Origin: Lentibacter sp.
GTDB lineage: Bacteria > Pseudomonadota > Alphaproteobacteria > Rhodobacterales > Rhodobacteraceae
Assembly (NCBI RefSeq): GCF_029254145.1
Contig: NZ_JAQWYD010000007.1
Location: 1 to 32,000, forward strand
Length of the DNA stretch: 32,000 nt
Reading direction: 5' to 3'
Positions 1-7,776 of this stretch are shown here, in pieces; the first letter of the stretch is position 1; the number at the start of each line of letters is the position of its first letter. Under the pieces are notes generated by a model. The model made no database searches and was not told the origin of the DNA. It saw only the letters and a program-made list of their open reading frames with translations. A program made the position numbers and the translations under genes.

Positions 1-150
1 GATCAAAATGTTGACGAAGAGTGCCAAGATAGCCACCATAACGCCAATCACGGCAGCATGCTGCAGAATGTCGAGGCGGTTGCCGCCCTTTTTACGTGCA
101 ATCTGCGCCCCAATTAGAGCGCCGATCAGAAATCCTAGTCCTACAATCAT
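1..150 (-). CDS. small two-TM membrane protein, N-terminal part only (runs off the window start)
   Basis: Absent from the ORF track because it is truncated and under 60 aa. The reverse complement of 150..1 reads ATG then MIVGLGFLIGALIGAQIARKKGGNRLDILQHAAVIGVMVAILALFVNILI with no stop. It has two hydrophobic segments split by RKKGGNR. The ATG lies 6 nt after the TAA (159..157) of the upstream gene. Confidence 0.4.
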   Translation of the reverse strand, partial: MIVGLGFLIGALIGAQIARKKGGNRLDILQHAAVIGVMVAILALFVNILI

Positions 151-156
151 TTGGTC

Positions 157-1527
157 TTACCCGCGTTGGCCTCGTCGTGGACTGAGCGTGGAGATTTCGC
201 GCATCTTTGCGCGCACTGCCCATTCCGGACCAAATCCGTAACGCGCCCAGCCCAGACTGTCCAGCCGAACGTGTTGTGCCTCAGAGGAGCGGCCCGTAAG
301 TTCGAGCGCTTCGGCGCGCAAGAGCATCAACGTGCTAAGGAGTGCAGCGTTTTCATGTTCCTTGGCGATATGCATCGCTGGGTTCACAAGGGTGAGTGCG
401 CGCACGCCGTTGCCTTCGCTGATGGCGTGGGAGGCGAGCTGAGACGCGACATAAGCGCGGTGCAGCGTTGTTGCGCTTGAGTTGGCGTAAAACTGATCCG
501 CCGCTTGAAAGTGCTTCAGCGCTTCGCTGGGATCGGACTGCAGCGCTATCCGGCCCATAGCGTAATGGGCAAAGGCGCGGCGGTGATCCTGCCAGCCAAA
601 GGCGCGCGAAATCTCGAGGGCTTTCTCGGCGGCTTTGCGGCGCTGTGGCATGCTGGCGCCAGGGCCAAGGGCTGTTTGAACAGCGGCGATATAGCTGCGG
701 GGGGTTGGCGCCGCGCGCTCTGGGCTGCGGGCTTCGCCCGCGGGATTGAGGCGGGCGAGAACTCCGGGTAGCACGGAAGCGACCTGACGTTTGCTCATGC
801 CAGTGCGCAGTTCGGGCGCGTAATAGGCGCGCAGAACGAGCATATCAAAGCCTGTCAGGACCGTGTGCATATTGTCGTCGTTGAAGACGGAGTCAGGTAG
901 GCGGTAAAGGTCATTCAAGGGGCCAATGGCTTGGGCGAGCTCTTCGTGCAAGCAGTCACGGACCTCTTGGGGGCTTGCGTCATTGGGAACGAATACGGCG
1001 AGTCGATTGCGCTGGCGCAGCTGGGCCCAGTTGGTCTTGGCGCTGCGGCGGGCGGACTTGTATTCGGAAATATCGGAAATATTGGGCACAACAAAGCAGG
1101 CCGCATGCGGCAGGTTTTTGCGAATGTCGGCGCGGCTTACGGCTTGAACTGTGATGTTGGCATCCAGAGCGTTTGTCAGGCTCACATTAAGGCGGGCCTC
1201 GCTTTGGAAGCGATAGATCAGACGCGTAAGATCGGGCAGGAGTGTCGCAGGCGGGGCACCTGTAACGCGGATGCTGATCGGACCTTCGAAACGGGTGAGT
1301 ACGGGGAGCTCTCTACCTGACTCAAGATGAAAGCTGAGTTCAAGGAAGTCACGAGCTATATCAATGTTTGAGCGCGTAGGCGCTTCGACAGAAGAGGTTG
1401 CGAAAGATTTGAGAGGAGGCAAGCCGAGAGCACTTTCTTGCACAAAGTCGCGCGAGGGGGTGTCAGCCATATTGCCGGGCATACAGCCGACGAGTGTCAA
1501 GCACATGGGCAGCAGGAGTTTGCGCAT
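157..1527 (-). CDS. lipoprotein, DUF2927-like domain with a helical-repeat (TPR-like) C-terminal region
   Basis: The ORF track gives 157..1665. I start at ATG 1527 (MRKLLLPMCLTLVGC, a signal peptide with canonical lipobox LVGC), with GGAGGG about 8 nt upstream. The motif CLHEELAQAIGPLND...SVFNDD is shared with the paralogue at 22171..23145. The DUF2927 family name is recalled from memory. Confidence 0.75.
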   Translation of the reverse strand: MRKLLLPMCLTLVGCMPGNMADTPSRDFVQESALGLPPLKSFATSSVEAPTRSNIDIARDFLELSFHLESGRELPVLTRFEGPISIRVTGAPPATLLPDLTRLIYRFQSEARLNVSLTNALDANITVQAVSRADIRKNLPHAACFVVPNISDISEYKSARRSAKTNWAQLRQRNRLAVFVPNDASPQEVRDCLHEELAQAIGPLNDLYRLPDSVFNDDNMHTVLTGFDMLVLRAYYAPELRTGMSKRQVASVLPGVLARLNPAGEARSPERAAPTPRSYIAAVQTALGPGASMPQRRKAAEKALEISRAFGWQDHRRAFAHYAMGRIALQSDPSEALKHFQAADQFYANSSATTLHRAYVASQLASHAISEGNGVRALTLVNPAMHIAKEHENAALLSTLMLLRAEALELTGRSSEAQHVRLDSLGWARYGFGPEWAVRAKMREISTLSPRRGQRG

Positions 1528-1883
1528 TATGCGGCCCTCCCTTGTGGGGAAGAAGCGCGGAGCAGATGGGAGGTGCTTGGGCATGCGGGGACAAGCGCAC
1601 AAGACACTTGCAGACGCGTGGCGCGAGCCAGCTCTTTCTTTTCCATGTTCAGCTTCTGCCTTCAAATATTATCGTTGAGCAGACTTTTCGCTACTCTTCC
1701 TGTCTTCCATAAGGATGAATTGGGGCAAAAAAGTGACAATTTGTCATAACTGGTCAAGACCTGTGCATAACTCGGAAATATCAGAAAAATCAATAGGTTC
1801 GAGTGGGTTCTTTTCGCAACATGTCAAGCTGAGGTGCTAAGGGGTCATCTGGAGGGGCCTGAAACGGTGCGAAAAAGGCGAGG

Positions 1884-2768
1884 TTATTTGGACTTCCAGC
1901 GGCGATGAATCCAGAACCATTGGCCAATATTTTCGCGCACCAGAGCTTCCAGCTGGTGGTTCACATCTTGAGTCATGGTCTTTGCATCGGTCGGCGTGAT
2001 AGGAGCTTGTGCGATGATTTCAAAGTCGAGCCCGTTGTCTTGACGCACGGCATATACGGGGATAAGTGCGGCGTCATATTTCAGGGCAAGCTCCGCCGTG
2101 ATCATTGAAGTCATCGCGGGTTTACCAAAGAAATCAAGAGCTTCCCCTGAAAGATTGTTCAGGTCGGTCAGGATACCCAGCACCCCACCTGCACGCAGAT
2201 GTTTGACGAGTTGTTTCATGCCTTTTGGGCCTTGAAGAAACATTGGCTCACCGATCGCCGAGATGGCTCGGACGTAGTGCGCGTTGAAGTATGGGTTGCG
2301 CATGGCACGGTAGAGCGCACCCATATTGTGGCCTCGCGCAATCAGGCCGGCGCGGACGGCGTCGTAGTTACCAAAGTGACCTGTGACCAAAATGACAGGG
2401 CGGCCTGTTTTTCGTGCCTCTTCCAAGGCGGCGAGGCCAGGGCCTGTGATGGGCGCGTTCACTGCGCGCGCTTTGAACGAATCTCCCGAATAGATCTCAA
2501 TCAGCGTACGGCCTGCATTGTCGGGCACTGCGCGACAGATGCGGCGGACTTCTTCTTCGGGTAGGTCAGGCATGACATGCGCGAGGTTGGTGCGCACGCG
2601 GGCGCGCCAGCCGGCCACAGGTGCAAGGACGCGCGAAACGACCCAACCCATCGCAGGAACACGCCAGTGGTATGGCAGCAAGAGGCCAGCGCCAATCAGC
2701 CCGCGAAACAGCAGGTTGCTAACAAAATAACCTGCACGTTTGCGCAAGGGGAGTGGGGCAGCTGGCAT
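1884..2768 (-). CDS. LpxL/HtrB-family lipid A lauroyl / lysophospholipid acyltransferase
   Basis: 294-aa ORF with an ATG start. It has the HX4D acyltransferase motif in VTGHFGNYDAV and an N-terminal hydrophobic anchor. The overall pattern fits the lauroyl acyltransferase family. Confidence 0.8.
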   Translation of the reverse strand: MPAAPLPLRKRAGYFVSNLLFRGLIGAGLLLPYHWRVPAMGWVVSRVLAPVAGWRARVRTNLAHVMPDLPEEEVRRICRAVPDNAGRTLIEIYSGDSFKARAVNAPITGPGLAALEEARKTGRPVILVTGHFGNYDAVRAGLIARGHNMGALYRAMRNPYFNAHYVRAISAIGEPMFLQGPKGMKQLVKHLRAGGVLGILTDLNNLSGEALDFFGKPAMTSMITAELALKYDAALIPVYAVRQDNGLDFEIIAQAPITPTDAKTMTQDVNHQLEALVRENIGQWFWIHRRWKSK

Positions 2769-2774
2769 AGGTGT

Positions 2775-3641
2775 TTAGCTTTTTGTTTTTCCGAAGGTCT
2801 CGCGGTGCCAGACATAAATGCCTGCCGCTGCAATCACAAGCGCGCCAAGCGCTGTGAAGAGATCGGGACTGTCGGAGAAAACAAAGTAACCATAGCAGAT
2901 GGCAAAGAGGATGCCTGCGTAAGAGAAGGGGGCGAGCATCGCGGCCTCGCCTTCCATCAGGGCGCGGATGAGTGCGAGCTGCCCCAGCGTGGCGCAGAGC
3001 GTGATGCCTATCACGAGCGGTGCATCGGCCAATGCGAGGGGTTGCCAGAATTGCGGCAAGGCAAGCGTAAGCACCACAGCGCCAAAGAGGGCGGTGTAAA
3101 AGAGCGATGTCCATGCGTTTTCATCGCGTCCGACAAAGCGTGTTACAAGGGCATAGGCCGAGTAGCAAACGGCCGCGGCGAGCGGCAGCAAGGCAAAGGG
3201 CGAGAAGACCTCAGAGCCGGGTCGAATAACAAGAAGCGCTCCAATCAGGGCGGCTGCAATGGCGAGGGCGCGTCTGAGGCCGAAGCGCTCGCCGAGAAAA
3301 ATTGCTGCGCCAAGCGTGATGAAGATCGGGTTGGTGGACATGACGGAAGCAGCTTCGGCCAGCCCAATATTGGAAATGCCAAAGAAGAAGAAGCTTGTGG
3401 CGCAAAGCAGGAAGACTGAGCGGGCGAGCTGAAGCTTGGGATAACGCGTGCGCACGATCTGCGAAAATTTGGGGGCGATAAGTGCGGTGACAAAAAGAGT
3501 TTGGCCTAAATATCGGACCCAAAGGGTTGTCATGGTTCCGACTCTGCCCGAGAGCAGCTTGGCCAGCATATCCATCGTTGAGAAACAGAAGATTGCTGCC
3601 AGCATGAGCAGAATCGCCTTGGTTGTGGAAGAGAGGGGCAT
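2775..3641 (-). CDS. EamA/DMT-family transporter
   Basis: The ORF track start at 3656 is a TTG. The ATG at 3641 (MPLSSTTKAILLML) has AGGA 7 nt upstream. The protein has about 10 hydrophobic helices in two EamA-like halves. Confidence 0.8.
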   Translation of the reverse strand: MPLSSTTKAILLMLAAIFCFSTMDMLAKLLSGRVGTMTTLWVRYLGQTLFVTALIAPKFSQIVRTRYPKLQLARSVFLLCATSFFFFGISNIGLAEAASVMSTNPIFITLGAAIFLGERFGLRRALAIAAALIGALLVIRPGSEVFSPFALLPLAAAVCYSAYALVTRFVGRDENAWTSLFYTALFGAVVLTLALPQFWQPLALADAPLVIGITLCATLGQLALIRALMEGEAAMLAPFSYAGILFAICYGYFVFSDSPDLFTALGALVIAAAGIYVWHRETFGKTKS

Positions 3642-3724
3642 GCGCTGTCCTGCCAAAATTCATTCGCAGGTTAACGACTTAGTCGAGGGAGGGGAAGCGC
3701 TTATGCCCTTGTGCCTGATGAGGG

Positions 3725-4804
3725 TCAGTCTTCGTCGTCTTCCTCGTCCTCGACAATCAAAGTGAGTTCTCCTGCCGCTTGCAGGTTGCCGATACTTGCA
3801 ATCACGGCGTTCATGGCGGTCTCGCCATCTTTGGCTTTGATGCTGGCCTTCTCGGCGATTTCTTCGCGCAGCCCCTCGGCCATGCGCTTGGAAATATTGG
3901 TTAAAATAAATTCGGCCGTGCCGTGTAGGGCCTCATCACCACTTTTGACAGCGAAGGCGATGGCAATGAGCATTGTCTCAGGATCGACATCGCGGATAAG
4001 CTTGGGCACATCGACTGGGCCAACACGGGCTGGAATATGCACGAACGTGAAGATGGCCTTTTTCAAACGTTGTCCGAAAGCTTTGTCTTCTTCTGCAAGG
4101 CCGGCAAGCAGGCTATCACGCATTTCGGAATTGGCGATGTTGAGGATTGCGCCGAGACGCTCCACGGGATCATCCTCAAAAGCGCGCAGGGGCTCATGTT
4201 CAAACTGTGCGGCAAGGGAGAGGCCGATCCGGTCCACGGCGTCGGGCGTGACCTGACCTGTGAGGGAGACGGCATAACTGATTTTGCGCGCTTCGGGTCC
4301 AGGAAGCTTGCCCAGAAGCTCAGCGGCTTTGACGACGGGTAGCTTGGACAGGAGCACGGCGGCCACCTCTGTGCTTTCTTGCTCAAGGAGGGGAAGAAGC
4401 TTGTCGGGCTCAAGTGCGCGAATACGCTCCCAAGGATCGCCGATTTGGCGCACGCCCGCTTCTTTGTGCAAGCGCGCAGCGGTTTGAGGCGAGATGCGCC
4501 CTTCTAGTGAGTGCAGCGCCTCGGCGAGGCCGGCCGGAAAGACAAGGCCCATGGCTTCGATTTCGCGGGCAAACTCGGCGAGGACGTCGGCGAGAGTTTC
4601 GCGATTGATGAAGCCCATTCCGCCGATGGCTTCAGTGAGAGTGCGCTGACTATCGTCTGAGAGGCGTTCCAAAGGGACATCGGCGCCTTCCTTGAGCAAG
4701 AAGCGCACAATGATAGCCGCCTTTTGGGCGGAGGAGAGCCGCGCGGGGCCACGTGCGGAGGGAAGACTTGAGGAGAGAGACGTGTGGGGCTGCAACGCGG
4801 ACAT
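3725..4804 (-). CDS. fliG: flagellar motor switch protein FliG-like (orphan copy)
   Basis: 359 aa. The N-terminus has LSSAQKAAIIVRFL. The middle has EVAAVLLSKLPVVKAAELLGKLP. The C-terminus has ISKRMAEGLREEIAEKASIKAKDGETAMNAVIASIGNLQAAGELTLI, typical of FliG N, M and C domains. AGGAAG lies 5-6 nt upstream of the ATG. Confidence 0.8.
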   Translation of the reverse strand: MSALQPHTSLSSSLPSARGPARLSSAQKAAIIVRFLLKEGADVPLERLSDDSQRTLTEAIGGMGFINRETLADVLAEFAREIEAMGLVFPAGLAEALHSLEGRISPQTAARLHKEAGVRQIGDPWERIRALEPDKLLPLLEQESTEVAAVLLSKLPVVKAAELLGKLPGPEARKISYAVSLTGQVTPDAVDRIGLSLAAQFEHEPLRAFEDDPVERLGAILNIANSEMRDSLLAGLAEEDKAFGQRLKKAIFTFVHIPARVGPVDVPKLIRDVDPETMLIAIAFAVKSGDEALHGTAEFILTNISKRMAEGLREEIAEKASIKAKDGETAMNAVIASIGNLQAAGELTLIVEDEEDDED

Positions 4805-4848
4805 GGGGCTTCCTATCTGACTTAAGAAGACCCTAGAGCGAAGCTCCT

Positions 4849-4892
4849 AAAAAAGCCTTTCGACTCCTGCGTGGGACGCAGAGGCCAAAGGC
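4849..4892 (-). terminator. rho-independent terminator after purB and the small peptide gene
   Basis: The minus strand reads GCCTTTGGCCTCTGCGT-CCC-ACGCAGGAGTCGAAAGGC followed by TTTTTT. This is a long imperfect hairpin with an outer GCCTTT/AAAGGC stem and an inner CTGCGT/ACGCAG stem, then a U-tract. Confidence 0.65.
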
Positions 4893-4949
4893 ATTTAAAC
4901 CAAGGTTTTGTGCAAACTTTGGCTAAAATTGGTTTGGTTTTTTAACGCC

Positions 4950-5102
4950 TTAGCTGTTGATCAGTGGCACACAAGCGCCTGACTGGGCGTCAAAGCTTTG
5001 GCCTTGGGGGCAGCTCATGGCTTGGTCGTGGCCACGGTTACACTCAGCAGACGCAAAGCTCGCGGACAGGATGAAGGCGGCGGTAAGGAAGAGTTTAGAC
5101 AT
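4950..5102 (-). CDS. small secreted Cys-containing peptide (50 aa)
   Basis: Below the ORF-track size cutoff. It reads MSKLFLTAAFILSASFASA|ECNRGHDQAMSCPQGQSFDAQSGACVPLINS. There is a clear signal peptide with an ASA cleavage motif and GAGAGGA 6 nt upstream of the ATG. It is followed by the terminator at 4849..4892. Confidence 0.5.
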   Translation of the reverse strand: MSKLFLTAAFILSASFASAECNRGHDQAMSCPQGQSFDAQSGACVPLINS

Positions 5103-5202
5103 GCTGTATCCTCTCTATGGGTGGAGAGATGCTAGCATAAATTTAGATTCGGACCTAGGGGAAGGACGCGCTGTGATGCGCGCCCCAGTGTTTTGAGCCG
5201 CT

Positions 5203-6510
5203 TCAGCTCTCGCCGAACACGCGCTGGAAGATCGTATCGACGTGTTTGGTGTGATATTCCATGTCGAACTTGGCTTTGATGCCGTCCTCACCGAGGGCTT
5301 TGACGACTTCATCATCGGCCAAGAGAAGCTCTTGGAAATCGAGGCGTTCTTCCCAAACTTTGAGCGCGTTGCGCTGGACCATCGAGTAGGCGTCTTCGCG
5401 AGACACGCCTGCTTGGGTCAGGGCGAGCAGCACGCGCTGGGACATCACGAGGCCGGGGAATTTGTTCATGTTGTCGAGCATATTCTCGGGAAAGATCAGC
5501 ATTTTCTCGATCACGCCGGTGAGGCGGGCGAGGGCAAAATCAAGCGTGATGGTTGTGTCTGGGCCGATGGCGCGTTCGACGGATGAGTGCGAGATATCGC
5601 GCTCATGCCAGAGGGCCACGTTTTCCATCGCTGGGATAACTGACATGCGCACAAGGCGCGCGAGACCTGTGAGGTTCTCGGTCAGGACCGGGTTTTTCTT
5701 GTGCGGCATCGCTGAGGAGCCTTTTTGCCCCATTGAGAAGAACTCCGCGCCTTCGAGGACTTCGGTGCGCTGCATGTGGCGGATTTCGATGGCGACATTT
5801 TCGATACTTGACGCAATGACGCCGAGCACGGCGAAGAACATGGCATGGCGATCGCGTGGGATGACTTGTGTGCTGATTGGCTCTGGCGTGAGGCCGAGCT
5901 GGGCGCAGACATGTTCTTCGACGCGCGGGTCGATATTGGCGAATGTGCCGACCGCGCCTGATATTGCGCCTGTGGCGATGTCTTCACGCACGGCGCGCAG
6001 ACGGGCCAAGTTACGATCCATTTCGGCGTAAAAGCGTGCAAACGTGAGGCCCATTGTCGTGGGCTCTGCGTGAATCCCGTGGCTGCGGCCGACGCGGACT
6101 GTCATTTTGTGCTCCATGGCGCGGGTCTTGAGCGCGGTCAGCAGCTTTTCCATATCTGCAATCAGGATATCGGCTGCGCGGACGAGCTGCACATTGAGGC
6201 AGGTGTCGAGCACATCAGAGCTTGTCATGCCTTGGTGGACGAAGCGGGCCTCATCGGAGCCGACGTGCTCGGCGAGGTGCGTCAGAAAGGCGATGACATC
6301 ATGTTTGGTCACGGCCTCGATCTCGTCGATGCGGGCGACATCAAACTCAACGTCCTTTGCCTTCCAGACAGCGTCGGCGTTCTCGCGCGGGATTACACCC
6401 AAATCCGCCATGGCATCACAGGCGTGGGCCTCGATTTCGTACCAGATTTTGAATTTGGTCGCAGCGGACCAGATAGAAACCATTTCGGGGCGGGAGTAAC
6501 GCTCGATCAT
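5203..6510 (-). CDS. purB: adenylosuccinate lyase
   Basis: The ORF track gives 5203..6582. I start at ATG 6510 (MIERYSRPEMVSIWS, the typical PurB N-terminus). The sequence shows the fumarate-lyase family pattern, including SSAMPHKKNP. Confidence 0.95.
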   Translation of the reverse strand: MIERYSRPEMVSIWSAATKFKIWYEIEAHACDAMADLGVIPRENADAVWKAKDVEFDVARIDEIEAVTKHDVIAFLTHLAEHVGSDEARFVHQGMTSSDVLDTCLNVQLVRAADILIADMEKLLTALKTRAMEHKMTVRVGRSHGIHAEPTTMGLTFARFYAEMDRNLARLRAVREDIATGAISGAVGTFANIDPRVEEHVCAQLGLTPEPISTQVIPRDRHAMFFAVLGVIASSIENVAIEIRHMQRTEVLEGAEFFSMGQKGSSAMPHKKNPVLTENLTGLARLVRMSVIPAMENVALWHERDISHSSVERAIGPDTTITLDFALARLTGVIEKMLIFPENMLDNMNKFPGLVMSQRVLLALTQAGVSREDAYSMVQRNALKVWEERLDFQELLLADDEVVKALGEDGIKAKFDMEYHTKHVDTIFQRVFGES

Positions 6511-6629
6511 AAGGATGCCTTCGCTGTTGCGGGTTGCAGGTGGGGTTGCGCTGCTCATAGACTGGGGGGTGCTTAACCTCAAGTCAGGACAGGGGATATG
6601 AGACGCTTTGCCCGAGATAGAAAGCTGAT

Positions 6630-7016
6630 ATGCGCGTTTTAAGCGACTTTACGGGGCGCTGGGCGCTGTCGCGGCGGATTGTGCCTGTGACGGGCGCTGA
6701 GGCGCGTTTTGAAGGCGTGGCCGAGTGGACGCCTGAAGGCGCCTATGAGGAACGTGGCGTTTTGAGTGTGCAGGGTCAGCCACCGATGCAGGCGGAGCGG
6801 CGGTATCGTTGGGACGCTGATTTGAGTGTTTACTTTGAGGACGGGCAGTTTTTTCACAAGGTTCCGCCGTTGGGGGGAGAGACAGGGCATTGGTGTGATC
6901 CGGACCAATATGATGTGGTCTATGATTTTGGTACATGGCCGCGCTGGCAGGTGAGTTGGCAGGTGCTTGGACCTCGCAAAAATTATGAAATGATTTCGGA
7001 TTATTCGCCTGCATAG
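6630..7016 (+). CDS. conserved hypothetical protein (DUF6314-like, from memory)
   Basis: 128-aa ORF with GC3-rich codon usage, divergent from purB. It contains FTGRWALSRRI...YRWD...VYFEDGQFFH...W, which I recall from small conserved Rhodobacterales proteins. Confidence 0.6.
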   Translation: MRVLSDFTGRWALSRRIVPVTGAEARFEGVAEWTPEGAYEERGVLSVQGQPPMQAERRYRWDADLSVYFEDGQFFHKVPPLGGETGHWCDPDQYDVVYDFGTWPRWQVSWQVLGPRKNYEMISDYSPA

Positions 7017-7083
7017 GCTGTTCTGACTTGCGAAAAATACTTCGCTGGTGCAGAAATTGCCCAAACAAATGGAGGGACGTGGA

Positions 7084-7683
7084 ATGGCCACTGCCATGAC
7101 GAATAAAGTTTTGATCGAAACATTAGGCGCGACCAGCGGCTTGGGCCTCGTGGCCAAGCGCGTGGCGCTTGTGATTGCGGGCGTTATGGCGCTGGCAATC
7201 TCTGCCAAGATTGCTGTGCCAATGTGGCCTGTGCCGATCACAATGGGCACTTTTGCTGTGCTTACTCTTGGCGCAGCCTATGGCCCGCGGCTCGGCCTTG
7301 CGACCATCATGGCTTACATGCTTGTTGGCGTGATGGGCTTTGATGTGTTTGCTGGTTCATCCGCTGAAAGCCATGGTCTTGCCTATATGATGGGCAGCAC
7401 AGGCGGCTATCTTGTTGGGTACGTACTGGCAACTCTGGCACTTGGCGTTCTGGCACGTATGGGCTGGGACCGCTCGGCGGGCAAAATGGCGGGTGCGATG
7501 CTTATTGGCAATGCGCTGATCTATGTGCCGGGCCTTGTCGGCCTTGGTTTGCTTTATGGCTTTGACAAGCCGCTGCTGGCATGGGGCCTCACGCCCTTCC
7601 TTGTTGGCGATGCGGTTAAGCTTGTTCTTGCGGCGATGATCCTGCCTGCTGCATGGAAGCTTGTGGGCCGCGCGCGCGGCTGA
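7084..7683 (+). CDS. bioY: biotin transporter S-component BioY
   Basis: The ORF track gives 7048..7683. The ATG at 7084 has GGAGGG 7 nt upstream. The protein has 5-6 TM helices with PITMGTFAVLTLGAAYG and GGYLVGY, characteristic of BioY. Confidence 0.85.
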   Translation: MATAMTNKVLIETLGATSGLGLVAKRVALVIAGVMALAISAKIAVPMWPVPITMGTFAVLTLGAAYGPRLGLATIMAYMLVGVMGFDVFAGSSAESHGLAYMMGSTGGYLVGYVLATLALGVLARMGWDRSAGKMAGAMLIGNALIYVPGLVGLGLLYGFDKPLLAWGLTPFLVGDAVKLVLAAMILPAAWKLVGRARG

Positions 7684-7710
7684 GGTTTTAGACAACTACA
7701 GATTTGTAAG

Positions 7711-7747
7711 GGGCGCGAGCGGGTGAGCTTGCGCCCTTTTTTCTTTT
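7711..7747 (+). terminator. rho-independent terminator of bioY
   Basis: GGGCGCGAGC-GGGTGA-GCTTGCGCCC forms a 10-bp stem with one G-U pair. It is followed by TTTTTTCTTTT. Confidence 0.75.
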
Positions 7748-7776
7748 CGAATTGTGCTGCGCACAATCCGACTGTT

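Noticed and set aside
1790-1815. GGTTCGAG sequence resembling a tRNA T-loop
   Set aside because: The flanking bases cannot form a T-stem, acceptor stem or anticodon arm, so no cloverleaf is possible.
1714-1836. 40-codon AT-rich plus-strand ORF (MNWGKKVTICHNW...) in the 356-bp spacer
   Set aside because: The AAGG motif directly abuts the ATG with no spacing. Codon usage is unlike the rest of the window, and there is no hydrophobic or other recognisable feature.
2577-3419. 280-aa plus-strand ORF
   Set aside because: It is a shadow ORF antisense to the EamA transporter. It has a charged low-complexity composition, no motif and no RBS.
4805-4950. Search for a CtrA box (TTAA-N7-TTAA) upstream of fliG
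   Set aside because: Only isolated TTAA half-sites (4822, 4895, 4942) are present, and none has the required 7-nt spacing.
4957-5196. 79-aa plus-strand ORF in the purB-fliG spacer
   Set aside because: It has no RBS and no recognisable features. The opposite strand carries a 50-aa ORF with SD, signal peptide and terminator, which explains the region better.
6511-6582. N-terminal extensions offered by the ORF track for purB (6582), gatC (27607), the MBL hydrolase (27676), both DUF2927-like genes (1665, 23310), bioY (7048) and the PG-binding lipoprotein (18647)
   Set aside because: In most of these genes an internal ATG with a properly spaced SD, a canonical family N-terminus or a signal peptide fits better. 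The extensions are Arg/Ser/Pro-rich and often begin on non-ATG codons. The PG-binding lipoprotein has no clear SD, so that call rests on its lipobox signal peptide alone.
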